64,000 nt of DNA from Eledone cirrhosa (lineage: Eukaryota), in NCBI GenBank assembly GCA_964016885.1, contig OZ024755.1, positions 40,300,001 to 40,364,000 of the forward strand, given 5' to 3'. Positions 49,401 to 64,000 of the stretch are shown one piece after another; positions within the stretch are counted from its first letter, which is position 1; each line of letters starts with the position of its first letter. The translations under genes and the position numbers were made by a program. The notes beneath the pieces are model-generated. The model was not told the origin of the DNA. It saw only the letters and a program-made list of their open reading frames with translations, and searched no databases.

Positions 49401-52400
49401 CTAATGACTGACACCAGTAACATAACAGTACCCCAGTATGGCCACAATCTAATGACTGACACCAGTAACATAACAGTACCCCAGCATGGCCACAGTCTGA
49501 TGACTGCCACCGCTAGCATAACAGTGCCCCAGTATAGCCACAGTCTAATGACTGACATCAGTAACATAACAGTGCCCCAGTATGGCCACAGTCTCATGAC
49601 TGACACCAGTAACAGAACAATGCCACAGTATGGACACAGTCTAATGACTGACACCAGTAACATAACAGTACTCCAGCATGGCCACTGTCTAATAACTGAC
49701 ACCAGTAACATAACAGTGCCCCAGCATGGCCACAGTCAAATGACTGACAGCAGTAAAATAACTGTGCCCCAGTATGGCCACAATCTAATGACTGACACCA
49801 GTAACATAACAGTGCCCCAGTATGGCCACAGTCTACTGACTGCCACCAGTAACATAACAATACCCCAGTATGGCCACAGTCTAATGACTGACACCAGTAA
49901 CATAACAGTGCCCCAGTATGGCCACAGTCTAATGACTGATACCAGTAATATAACAATGCCCAAGCATGGCTACAGTCTAATGACTGACACCAGTTACATA
50001 ACAGTGCCCCAGTATGGCCACAGTCTAATGACTGACACCAGTAACATGACAGTACCCCAGTATGGCAACAGTCTAATGACTGACACCGGTAACATAACAG
50101 TGCCCCAGTATGGCCACAGTCAAAAGACTGACACCAAGAACATAACAGTACCCCAGTATGGCCACATTCTCATTATTGACACCCGTAACATAACAGTGCC
50201 CCAGTATGGCTATAGTCTAATCACTGACACCAGTAACATTACAGTACCCCAGCATGGCCGCAATCTAATGAGTGCCACCAATAACAGAACAATGCCCCAG
50301 TATGGCCACTGTCTAATGACTGACACCAGGAACATAACAGTGCCCCAGTATGGCCACAGTCTAATTACTGACGCCAGTAACATAACAGTGCCCCAGTATG
50401 GACACAGTCTAATGACTAACACCAGTAACAGAACAGTGCCCCAGCATGGCCACAGTCTAATGACTGACATCAACAAAAGAACAATGCCCCAGCATGGCCA
50501 CAGTCTAATGACTGACACCAGTAACATGACAGTACCCCAGTATGGCAACAGTCTAATGACTGACACCGGTAACATAACAATGCCCCAGTATGGCCACAGT
50601 CTAATGACTGACACCAGTAACAGAACAATGCTCCAGTATGGCCACAGTCTAATGACTGACACCAGTAACATAACAATACCCTAGCATGGCCACAGTCTAA
50701 TGACTGACACCAGTAACATAACAGTGCCCCAGCATGACTACAGTCTAATGACTGACACCAGTAACAGAACAATGCCCCAGTATGGCCACAGTCTAATGAC
50801 TGACACCAGTAACATAACAGTGCCCCAGCATGGTCACAGTCTAATGACTGACACCAGTAACATAACAGTGCCCCAGTATGGCCACAGTCTAATGACTATC
50901 ACCAGTAACAGAACAGTGCCCCAGCATGGCCACAGTCTAATGACTGACACCAGTAACATAAGAGTACCCCAGCATGGCCACTGTCTAATGACTGTCACCA
51001 GTAACATAACAGTGTCCCAGTATGGCCACAGTCTAATGAATGACACCAGTAACATAACAATGCCCCAGCATGGCCACAGTCTAATGACTGACACCAGAAA
51101 CATAACAATGCCCCAGTATGGCCACAGTCTAATGACTGCCACCAGTAACATAACAGTACCCCAGTATGGTCACAGTCTAATGACTGACACCAGAAACATA
51201 ACAATGCCCCAATATGGCCACAGTCTAATGACTGACACCAGTAATCTAACAGTGCCCCAGTATGGCCACAGTCTAATCACTGCCACCAGTAACCTAACAG
51301 TGCCCCAGTATGGCCACAGTCTAATGACTGACACCAGTACCGTAACAGTGCCCCAGTATGGCCACAGTCTAATGACTGATACCAGTAACATAACAGTGCC
51401 CCTGTATGGCCAGAGTCTAATGACTGACACCAGTAACATAACAGTACCCCAGTATGGCCACAGTCTAATGACTAACACCAGTAACATAACAGTACCCCAG
51501 CATGGCCACAGTCTAATGACTGACACCAGTAACATAACAGTGCCCCAGTATGGCCACAGTCTAATGAATGACACCAGTAACATAACAGTACCCCTTATGG
51601 CCACAGTCTAATGACTGACACCAGTAACATAACAGTACCCCAGCATGGCCACAGTCTAATGACTGACACCAGTAACATAACAGTACCCCAGCATGGCCAC
51701 AGTCTAATGACTGACACCAGTAATATAACAGTGGCCCAATATGGCCACAGTCTAATGACTGACACCAGTAATATAACAGTGCCCCAGTATGGCCACAGTC
51801 TAATGACTGACACCAGTAACATAACAATGCCCCAGTATGGCCACAGTCTAATGACTGACACCAGTAATGTAACAGTGCCCCAGTATGGCCACAGTCTAAT
51901 CACTGACACCAGTAATGTAACAGTGCCCCAGTATGGCCACAGTCTAATGACTGACACCAGTAACATAACAGTACCCCAGTATGGCCACAGTCTAATCACT
52001 GACACCAGTAACATAAAATATCTCAGCATGGCCACAGTCTAATGACTGACACCAGTTACATTACAATGCCCCCGCATGGCCACAGTCTAATGACTGACAC
52101 CGGTAACATAACAGTGCCCCAGTATGGCCACAGTCTAATGACTGACACCAGTAACAGAACAATGCCCCAGTATGGCCACAGTCTAATGACTGACACCAGT
52201 AACATAACAATACCCTAGCATGGCCACAGTCTAATGACTAACACCAGTAACATAACAGTGCCCCAGCATGACTACAGTCTATTGACTGACACCAGTAACA
52301 GAACAATGCCCCAGTATGGCCACAGTCTAATGACTGACACCAGTAACATAACAGTGCCCCAGCATGGTCACAGTCTAATGACTGACACCAGTAACATAAC

Positions 52401-55400
52401 AGTGCCCCAGTTTGGCCACAGTCTAATGACTATCACCAGTAACAGAACAGTGCCCCAGCACGGCCACAGTCTAATGACTGACACCAGTAACATAAGAGTA
52501 CCCCAGCATGGCCACTGTCTAATGACTGTCACCAGTAACATAACAGTGTCCCAGTATGGCCACAGTCTAATGAATGACACCTGTAACATAACAGTGCCCC
52601 AGCATGACTACAGTCTAATGACTGACACCAGTAACATAACAATGCCCCAGCATGGCCACAGTCTAATGACTGACACCAGAAACATAACAATGCCCCAGTA
52701 TGGCCACAGTCTAATGACTGCCACCAGTAACATAACAGTACCCCAGCATGGTCACAGTCTAATGACTGACACCAGAAACATAACAATGCCCCAATATGGC
52801 CACAGTCTAATGACTGACACCAGTAATCTAACAGTGCCCCAGTATGGCCACAGTCTAATCACTGCCACCAGTAACCTAACAGTGCCCCAGTATGGCCACA
52901 GTCTAATGACTGACACCAGTAACGTAACAGTGCCCCAGTATGGCCACAGTCTAATGACTGATACCAGTAACATAACAGTACCCCAGCATGGCCACAGTCT
53001 AATGACTGCCACCAGTAACATAACAGTGCCCCAGTATGGCCACAGTCTAATGACTGACACCAGTAACATAACAGTACTCCAGCATGGCCACTGTCTAATA
53101 ACTGACACCAGTAACATAACAGTGCCCCAGCATGGCCACAGTTTAATGACTGACACCAGTAAAATAAAAATGCCCCAGTATGGCCACAATCTAATGACTG
53201 ACACCAGTAACATAACAGTGCCCCAGTATGGCCACAGTCTAATGACTGCCACCAGTAACATAACAATACCCCAGTATGGCCACAGTCTAATGACTGACAC
53301 CAGTAACATAACAGTACCCCAGCATGGCCACAGTCTAATGACTGACACCAGTAATATAACAGTCACCCAATATGGCCACAGTCTAATGACTGACACCTGT
53401 AATATAACAGTGGCCCAATATGCCCACAGTCTAATGACTGACACCAGTAATATAACAGTGCCCCTGTATGGCCACAGTCTAATGACTGACACCAGTAACA
53501 TAACAGTACCCCAGTATGGCCACAGTCTAATGACTAACACCAGTAACATAACAGTACCCCAGCATGGCCACAGTCTAATGACTGACACCAGTAACATAAC
53601 AGTGCCCCAGTATGGCCACAGTCTAATGAATGACACCAGTAACATAACAGTACCCGTTATGGCCACAGTCTAATGACTGACACCAGTAACATAACAGTAC
53701 CCCAGCATGGCCACAGTCTAATGACTGACACCAGTAACATAACAGTACCCCAGCATGGCCACAGTCTAATGACTGACACCAGTAATATAACAGTGGCCCA
53801 ATATGGCCACAGTCTAATGACTGACACCAGTAATATAACAGTGCCCCAGTATGGCCACAGTCTAATGACTGACACCAGTAACATAACAGTGCCCCAGTAT
53901 GGCCACAGTCTAATGACTGACACCAGTAATGTAACAGTGCCCCAGTATGGCCACAGTCTAATGACTCACACCAGTAACAGAACAGTGCCCCAGCATGACC
54001 ACTGTCTAATAACTGACACCAGTTACATTACAATGCCCCCGCATGGCCACAATCTAATGACTGACACCAGTAAAATAACAGTGCCCCAGTATGGCCACAA
54101 TCTAATGACTGACACCAGTAACATAACAGTACCCCAGTATGGCCACCGTCTAATGACTGACACCAGTAATATAACAGTGCCCCAGTATGGCCACAGTCTA
54201 ATGACTGACACCAGTAATATAACAGTGCCCCAGTATGGCCACAGTCTAATGAATGACACCAGTAACATATCAGTACCCCAGTATGGCCACAGTCTAATGA
54301 CTGACACCAGTAACATAACAGTACCCCAGCATGGCCACAGTCTAATGACTGACACCAGTAACATAACAGTACCCCAGTATGGCCACCGTCTAATGACTGA
54401 CACCAGTAATATAACAGTGCCCCAGTATGGCCACAGTCTAATGACTGACACCAGTAATATAACAGTCGCCCAATATGGCCACAGTCTAATGACTGACACC
54501 TGTAATATAACAGTGGCCCAATATGGCCACAGTCTAATGACTGACACCAGTAACATAACAGTACCCCAGTATGGCCACAGTCTAATGACTGACACCAGTA
54601 ATGTAACAGTGCCCCAGTATGGCCACATTCTAATGACTGACACCAGTAACATAACAGTACCCCAGTTTGGACACAGTCTAATGACTGACACCAGTAACAG
54701 AACAGTGTCCCAGCATGGCCACAGTCTAATGACTGACACCAGTAACATAACAGTACCGCAGTATGGACGCAGTCTAATGACTGACACCAGTAACATAACA
54801 GTACCCCGGCATGGCCACAGTCTAATGACTGACACCAGTAACATAACAGTGCCCCAGTATGGCCACAGTCTAATGACTGACACCAGTAACATAACAGTAC
54901 CCCAGTATGGCCACAGTCTAATGACTGACACCAGTAACATAACAGTGCCCCAGCATGGCCACAGTTTAATGACTGACACCAGTAACATAACAGTGCCACA
55001 GCATGGCCACAGTCTAATGACTGACACCAGTAACATAACAGTGTCCCATTATGGCCACAGTCTAATGACTGACACCAGTAACATAACACTGCCCCAGCAT
55101 GGCCACAGTCTAATGAATGACACCAGTAACATAACAGTGCCCCAGTATGGTCACAGTCTAATGACTTACACCAGTAACAGAACAATGCCACAGTATGGCC
55201 ACAGTCTAATGACTGACACCAGTAACATAACAGTGCCCCAGTATGGCCACAGTCTAATGACTGACACCAGTAACATAACAGTACTCCAGCATGGCCACTG
55301 TCTAATAACTGGCACCAGTAACATAACAGTGCCCCAGCATGGCCACAGTCTAATGACTGACACCAGTAAAATAACAGTGCCCCAGTATGGCCACAATCTA

Positions 55401-58400
55401 ATGACTGACACCAGTAACATAACAGTGCCCCAGTTTGGCCACAGTCTAATGACTGCCACCAGTAACATAATAATGTCCCAGCATGGCTACAGTCTAATGA
55501 CTGACACCAGTAACATAACAGTGCCTCATTATGGCCACAGTCTAATGACTGACACCAGTAACATAACAGTACTCCAGCATGGCCACTGCCTAATAACTGA
55601 CACCAGTAACATAACAGTGCCCCAGCATGGCCACAGTCTAATGACTGACACCAGTAAAATAACAGTGCCCCAGTATGGCCACAATCTAATGACTGACACC
55701 AGTAACATAACATTGCCCCAGCATGGCCACAGTCTAATGACTGACACCAGTAACATAAGAGTACCCCAGCATGTCTACAGTCTAATGACTGACACCAGTA
55801 ACATAACAGTGCCCCAGCATGTCTACAGTCTAATGACTGCCACCAGTAACAGAACAGTGCCCCAGCATGGCCACAGTCTAATGACTGACACCAGTAACAT
55901 AAAATACCCCAGCATGGCCACAGTCTAATGACTGACACCAGAAACATAACAATGCCCCAATATGGCCACAGTCTAATGACTGACACCAGTAATCTAACAG
56001 TGCCCCAGTATGGCCACAGTCTAATGACTGCCACCAGTAACATAACAGTACCCCAGCATGGTCACAGTCTAATGACTGACACCAGAAACATAACAATGCC
56101 CCAATATGGCCACAGTCTAATGACTGACACCAGTAATCTAACAGTGCCCCAGTATGGCCACAGTCTAATCACTGCCACCAGTAACCTAACAGTGCCCCAG
56201 TATGGCCACAGTCTAATGACTGACACCAGTAACGTAACAGTGCCCCAGTATGGCCACAGTCTAATGACTGATACCAGTAACATAACAGTACCCCAGCATG
56301 GCCACAGTCTAATGACTGCCACCAGTAACATAACAGTGCCCCAGTATGGCCACAGTCTAATGACTGACACCAGTAACATAACAGTACTCCAGCATGGCCA
56401 CTGTCTAATAACTGACACCAGTAACATAACAGTGCCCCAGCATGGCCACAGTTTAATGACTGACACCAGTAAAATAAAAATGCCCCAGTATGGCCACAAT
56501 CTAATGACTGACACCAGTAACATAACAGTGCCCCAGTATGGCCACAGTCTAATGACTGACACCAGTAACATAACAATACCCCAGTATGGCCACAGTCTAA
56601 TGACTCACACCAGTAACATAACAGTACCCCAGCATGGCCACAGTCTAATGACTGACACCAGTAATATAACAGTCACCCAATATGGCCACAGTCTAATGAC
56701 TGACACCTGTAATATAACAGTGGCCCAATATGGCCACAGTCTAATGACTGACACCAGTAATATAACAGTGCCCCTGTATGGCCACAGTCTAATGACTGAC
56801 ACCAGTAACATAACAGTACCCCAGTATGGCCACAGTCTAATGACTAACACCAGTAACATAACAGTACCCCAGCATGGCCACAGTCTAATGACTGACACCA
56901 GTAACATAACAGTGCCCCAGTATGGCCACAGTCTAATGAATGACACCAGTAACATAACAGTACCCGTTATGGCCACAGTCTAATGACTGACACCAGTAAC
57001 ATAACAGTACCCCAGCATGGCCACAGTCTAATGACTGACACCAGTAACATAACAGTACCCCAGCATGGCCACAGTCTAATGACTGACACCAGTAATATAA
57101 CAGTGGCCCAATATGGCCACAGTCTAATGACTGACACCAGTAATATAACAGTGCCCCAGTATGGCCACAGTCTAATGACTGACACCAGTAACATAACAGT
57201 GCCTCATTATGGCCACAGTCTAATGACTGACACCAGTAACATAACAGTACTCCAGCATGGCCACTGCCTAATAACTGACACCAGTAACATAACTGCCCCA
57301 GCATGGCCACAGTCTAATGACTGACACCAGTAAAATAACAGTGCCCCAGTATGGCCACAATCTAATGACTGACACCAGTAACATTATAGTGCCCCAGTAT
57401 GGTCACAGTCTAATGACTGCCACCAGTAACATAACAGTGCCCCAGCATGGCCACAGTCTAATGACTGACACCAGTAAAAAAACAGTGCCCCAGTATGGCC
57501 ACAATCTAATGACTGACACCAGTAACATAACATTGCCCCAGCATGGCCACAGTCTAATGACTGACACCAGTAACATAAGAGTACCCCAGCATGTCTACAG
57601 TCTAATGACTGACACCAGTAACATAACAGTGCCCCAGCATGTCTACAGTCTAATGACTGCCACCAGTAACAGAACAGTGCCCCAGCATGGCCACAGTCTA
57701 ATGACTGACACCAGTAACATAAAATACCCCCAGCATGGCCACAGTCTAATGACTGACACCAGTAACAGAACAGTGCCCCAATATGGCCACAGTCTAATGA
57801 CTGACACCAGTAACATAACAGTACCCCAGCATGGCCACAGTCTAATGACTGACACAGGTAACATAACAGGACCCCAGTATGGCCACAGTCTAATAACTAA
57901 CACCAGTAACATAACAGTACCCCAGCATGGCCACAGTCTAATGACTGACACCAGTAACATAACAGTGCCCCAGTATGGCCACAGTCTAATGACTGACACC
58001 AGTAACCTAACAGTGCCCCAGTATGGCCACAGTCTAATCACTGCCACCAGTAACATAACAGTGCCCCAGTATGGCCACATTCTAATGACTGACACCAGTA
58101 ACATAACAGTACCCCAGTTTGGACACAGTCTAATGACTGACACCAGTAACAGAACAGTGTCCCAGCATGGCCACAGTCTAATGACTGACACCAGTAACAT
58201 AACAGTACCGCAGTATGGACGCAGTCTAATGACTGACACCAGTAACATAACAGTACCCCGGCATGGCCACAGTCTAATGACTGACACCAGTAACATAACA
58301 GTGCCCCAGTATGGCCACAGTCTAATGACTGACACCAGTAACATAACAGTACCCCAGTATGGCCACAGTCTAATGACTGACACCAGTAACATAACAGTGC

Positions 58401-61400
58401 CCCAGCATGGCCACAGTTTAATGACTGACACCAGTAACATAACAGTGCCACAGCATGGCCACAGTCTAATGACTGACACCAGTAACATAACAGTGTCCCA
58501 TTATGGCCACAGTCTAATGACTGACACCAGTAACATAACACTGCCCCAGCATGGCCACAGTCTAATGAATGACACCAGTAACATAACAGTGCCCCAGTAT
58601 GGTCACAGTCTAATGACTTACACCAGTAACAGAACAATGCCACAGTATGGCCACAGTCTAATGACTGACACCAGTAACATAACAGTGCCCCAGTATGGCC
58701 ACAGTCTAATGACTGACACCAGTAACATAACAGTACTCCAGCATGGCCACTGTCTAATAACTGGCACCAGTAACATAACAGTGCCCCAGCATGGCCACAG
58801 TCTAATGACTGACACCAGTAAAATAACAGTGCCCCAGTATGGCCACAATCTAATGACTGACACCAGTAACATAACAGTGCCCCAGTTTGGCCACAGTCTA
58901 ATGACTGCCACCAGTAACATAATAATGTCCCAGCATGGCTACAGTCTAATGACTGACACCAGTAACATAACAGTGCCTCATTATGGCCACAGTCTAATGA
59001 CTGACACCAGTAACATAACAGTACTCCAGCATGGCCACTGCCTAATAACTGACACCAGTAACATAACTGCCCCAGCATGGCCACAGTCTAATGACTGACA
59101 CCAGTAAAATAACAGTGCCCCAGTATGGCCACAATCTAATGACTGACACCAGTAACATTACAGTGCCCCAGTATGGCCACAGTCTAATGACTGCCACCAG
59201 TAACATAACAGTGCCCCAGCATGGCCACAGTCTAATGACTGACACCAGTAAAATAACAGTGCCCCAGTATGGCCACAATCTAATGACTGACACCAGTAAC
59301 ATAACATTGCCCCAGCATGGCCACAGTCTAATGACTGACACCAGTAACATAAGAGTACCCCAGCATGTCTACAGTCTAATGACTGACACCAGTAACATAA
59401 CAGTGCCCCAGCATGTCTACAGTCTAATGACTGCCACCAGTAACAGAACAGTGCCCCAGCATGGCCACAGTCTAATGACTGACACCAGTAACATAAAATA
59501 CCCCAGCATGGCCACAGTCTAATGACTGACACCAGTAACAGAACAGTGCCCCAATATGGCCACAGTCTAATGACTGACACCAGTAACATAACAGTACCCC
59601 AGCATGGCCACAGTCTAATGACTGACACAGGTAACATAACAGGACCCCAGTATGGCCACAGTCTAATAACTAACACCAGTAACATAACAGTACCCCAGCA
59701 TGGCCACAGTCTAATGACTGACACCAGTAACATAACAGTGCCCCAGTATGGCCACAGTCTAATGACTGACACCAGTAACCTAACAGTGCCCCAGTATGGC
59801 CACAGTCTAATCACTGCCACCAGTAACATAACAGTGCCCCAGTATGGCCACAGTCTAATGACTGACACCAGTAACGTAACAGTGCCCCAGTATGGCCACA
59901 GTCTAATGACTGATACCAGTAACATAACAGTACCCCAGCATGGCCACAGTCTAATGACTGCCACCAGTAACATAACAGTGCCCCAGTATGGCCACAGTCT
60001 AATGACTGACATCAGTAAAATAACAGTGCCCCAGTATGGCCACAGTCTAATGACTGACACCAGTAACAGAACAATGCCACAGTATGGCCACAGTCTAATG
60101 ACTGACACCAGTAACATAACAGTGCCCCAGTATTGCCACAGTCTAATGACTGACACCAGTAACATAACAGTACTCCAGCATGGCCACTGTCTAATAACTG
60201 ACACCAGTAACATAACAGTGCCCCAGCATGGCCACAGTTTAATGACTGACACCAGTAAAATAACAGTGCCCCAGTATGGCCACAATCTAATGACTGACAC
60301 CAGTAACATAACAGTGCCCCAGTATGGCCACAGTCTAATGACTGCCACCAGTAACATAACAATACCCCAGTATGGCCACAGTCTAATGACTGACACCAGT
60401 AACATAACAGTAGCCCAGTATGGCCACAGTCTAATGACTGACACCAGTAACATAACAGTAGCCCAGCATGGCCACAGTCTAATGACTGCCACCAGTAACA
60501 TAACAATACCCCAGTATGGCCACAGTCTAATGACTGACACCAGTAACATAACAGTAGCCCAGCATGGCCACAGTCTAATGACTAACACCAGTAATATAAC
60601 AGTCGCCCAATATGGCCACAGTCTAATGACTGACACCTGTAATATAACAGTGGCCCAATATGGCCACAGTCTAATGACTGACACCAGTAATATAACAGTG
60701 CCCCTGTATGGCCACAGTCTAATGACTGACACCAGTAACATAACAGTACCCCAGTATAGCCACAGTCTAATGACTAACACCAGTAACATAACAGTACCCC
60801 AGCATGGCCACAGTCTAATGACTGACACCAGTAACATAACAGTGCCCCAGTATGGCCACAGTCTAATGAATGACACCAGTAACATAACAGTACCCCAGCA
60901 TGGCCACAGTCTAATGACTGACACCAGTAATATAACAGTGGCCCAATATGGCCACAGTCTAATGACTGACACCAGTAACATAACAGTACCCCAGTATGGC
61001 CACAGTCTAATGACTCACACCAGTAACAGAACAGTGCGCCAGCATGACCACTGTCTAATAACTGACACCAGTAACATAACAGTGCCCCCGCATGGCCACA
61101 ATCTAATGACTGACACCAGTAAAATAACAGTGCCCCAGTATGGCCACAATCTAATGACCGACACCAGTAACATAACAGTACCCCAGTATGGCCACCGTCT
61201 AATGACTGACATAAGTAACATAACAGCACCCCAGTATGGCCACAGTCTAATGACTGACACCAGTAATTTAACAGTGCCCCAGTATGGCCACAGTCTAATG
61301 ACTGACACCAGTAATATAACAGTGCCCCAGTATGGCCACAGTCTAATGAATGACACCAGTAACATATCAGTACCCCAGTATGGCCACAGTCTAATGACTG

Positions 61401-64000
61401 ACACCAGTAACATAACAGTGCCCCAGCATGGCCACAGTCTAATGACTGACACCAGTAATATAACAGTGGCCCAATATGGCCACAGTCTAATGACTGACAC
61501 CTGTAATATAACAGTGGCCCAATATGGCCACAGTCTAATGACTGACACCAGTAACATAACAGTACCCCAGTATGGCCACAGTCTAATGACTGACGCCAGT
61601 AATGTAACAGTGCCCCAGTATGGCCACATTCTAATGACTGACACCAGTAATGTAACAGTGCCCCAGTATGGCCACATTCTAATGACTGACACCAGTAACA
61701 TAACAGTACCCCAGTTTGAACACAGTCTAATGACTGACACCAGTAACAGAACAGTGTCCCAGCATGGCCACAGTCTAATGACTGACACCAGTAACATAAC
61801 AGTGTCCCATTATGGCCACAGTCTAATGACTGACACCAGTAACATAACACTGCCCCAGCATGGCCACAGTCTAATGAATGACACCAGTAACATAACAGTG
61901 CCCCAGTATGGCCACAGTCTAATGACTTACACCAGTAACAGAACAATGCCACAGTATGGCCACAGTCTAATGACTGACACCAGTAACATAACAGTGCCCC
62001 AGTATGGCCACAGTCTAATGACTGACACCAGTAACATAACAGTACTCCAGCATGGCCACTGTCTAATAACTGGCACCAGTAACATAACAGTGCCCCAGCA
62101 TGGCCACAGTCTAATGACTGACACCAGTAAAATAACAGTGCCCCAGTATGGCCACAATCTAATGACTGACACCAGTAACATAACAGTGCCCCAGTTTGGC
62201 CACAGTCTAATGACTGCCACCAGTAACATAATAATGTCCCAGCATGGCTACAGTCTAATGACTGACACCAGTAACATAACAGTGCCCCATTATGGCCACA
62301 GTCTCATGACTGACACCAGTAACATAACAGTACCCCAGCATGGCCACAGTCTAATGACTGACACCAGTAACATAACAGTACCCCAGCATGGCCACAGTCT
62401 AATGACTGACACCAGTAATATAACAGTGGCCCAATATGGCCACAGTCTAATGACTGACACCAGTAACATAACAGTACCCCAGTATGGCCACAGTCTAATG
62501 ATTGACACCAGTAACATAAAATATCTAATCATGGCCACAGTCTAATGACTCACACCAGTGACAGAACAGTGCCCCAGCATGACCACTGTCTAATAACTGA
62601 CACCAGTAACATAACAGTGCCCCCGCATGGCCACAATCTAATGACTGACACCAGTAAAATAACAGTGCCCCAGTATGGCCACAATCTAATGACCGACACC
62701 AGTAACATAACAGTACCCCAGTATGGCCACCGTCTAATGACTGACATAAGTAACATAACAGCACCCCAGTATGGCCACAGTCTAATGACTGACACCAGTA
62801 ATTTAACAGTGCCCCAGTATGGCCACAGTCTAATGACTAACACCAGTAATATAACATTGCCCCAGTATGGCCACAGTCTAATGAATGACACCAGTAACAT
62901 ATCAGTACCCCAGTATGGCCACAGTCTAATGACTGACACCAGTAACATAACAGTGCCCCAGCATGGCCACAGTCTAATGACTGACACCAGTAATATAACA
63001 GTCGCCCAATATGGCCACAGTCTAATGACTGACACCTGTAATATAACAGTGGCCCAATATGGCCACAGTCTAATGACTGACACCAGTAACATAACAGTAC
63101 CCCAGTATGGCCACAGTCTAATGACTGACGCCAGTAATGTAACAGTGCCCCAGTATGGCCACATTCTAATGACTGACACCAGTAATGTAACAGTGCCCCA
63201 GTATGGCCACATTCTAATGACTGACACCAGTAACATAACAGTACCCCAGTTTGGACACAGTCTAATGACTGACACCAGTAACATAACACTGCCCCATATG
63301 GCCACAGTCTAATGACTTACACCAGTAACAGAACAATGCCACAGTATGGCCACAGTCTAATGACTGACACCAGTGACATAACAGTGCCCCAGTATGGCCA
63401 CAGTCTAATGACTGACACCAGTAACATAACAGTACTCCAGCATGGCCACTGTCTAATAACTGGCACCAGTAACATAACAGTGCCCCAGCATGGCCACAGT
63501 CTAATGACTGACACCAGTAAAATAACAGTGCCCCAGTATGGCCACAATCTAATGACTGACACCAGTAACATAACAGTGCCCCAGTTTGGCCACAGTCTAA
63601 TGACTGCCACCAGTAACATAATAATGTCCCAGCATGGCTACAGTCTAATGACTGACACCAGTAACATAACAGTGCCCCATTATGGCCACAGTCTAATGAC
63701 TGACACCAGTAACATAACAGTACTCCAGCATGGCCACTGCCTAATGACTGACACCAGTAACATAATAGTGCCCCAGCATGGCCACAGTCTAATGACTGAC
63801 ACCAGTAACATAACAGTGCCCCAGTATGGCCACAATCTAATGACTGACACCAGTAACATTACAGTGCCCCAGTATGGCCACAGTCTAATGACTGCCACCA
63901 GTAACATAACAGTGCCCCAGCATGGCCACAGTCTAATGACTGACACCAGTAACATAAGAGTACCCCAGCATGACTACAGTCTAATGACTGACACCAGTAA
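16410..64000. repeat. 48-bp satellite array (~990 monomers, continues past window end), consensus ATGACTGACACCAGTAACATAACAGTGCCCCAGYATGGCCACAGTCTA, with higher-order repeats
   Basis: Head-to-tail monomers all in one orientation, with a few substitutions each and rare 46-50-bp indel variants. Identical ORF-track entries recur at fixed offsets. Confidence 0.99.

Noticed and set aside
16428-63955. Giant mucin-like or Cys-rich protein-coding gene
   Set aside because: The ORFs arise from a 16-codon stop-free monomer. Stops and frameshifts are copied within HORs, and there is no signal peptide or unique domain. Not annotated as CDS.
16410-64000. CRISPR array
   Set aside because: There are no unique spacers, since the whole 48-mer is repeated. 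The context is eukaryotic and there are no cas genes.

Overview
This is eukaryotic, AT-microsatellite-rich, gene-poor DNA. The repeat content resembles a cephalopod (octopus-type) genome, which is an inference from recalled SINE/LINE tails. Bases 1-16.4 kb are a patchwork of decayed mobile elements. These include a 5'-truncated Tx1-type LINE (-), a near full-length decayed CR1/L2-group LINE (+), RTE-type fragments, a SINE fragment, fold-back elements and many Penelope-like-element (PLE) remnants. The PLE remnants appear as palindromes and carry minimal type-I hammerhead ribozyme (HHR) motifs at about eight loci from several sequence families. From 16,410 to the window end lies an uninterrupted ~47.6 kb array of about 990 copies of a 48-bp monomer with nested higher-order repeats (7,489, 2,160, 6,576, 5,902, 913 and 816 bp). 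The monomer core matches the 3' tail of the neighbouring CR1-like LINE at 18/20 nt, suggesting a satellite built from a retroposon 3' end. No intact host gene is supported. The long ORFs in the array follow from a stop-free 16-codon monomer and are broken by propagated stops and frameshifts.
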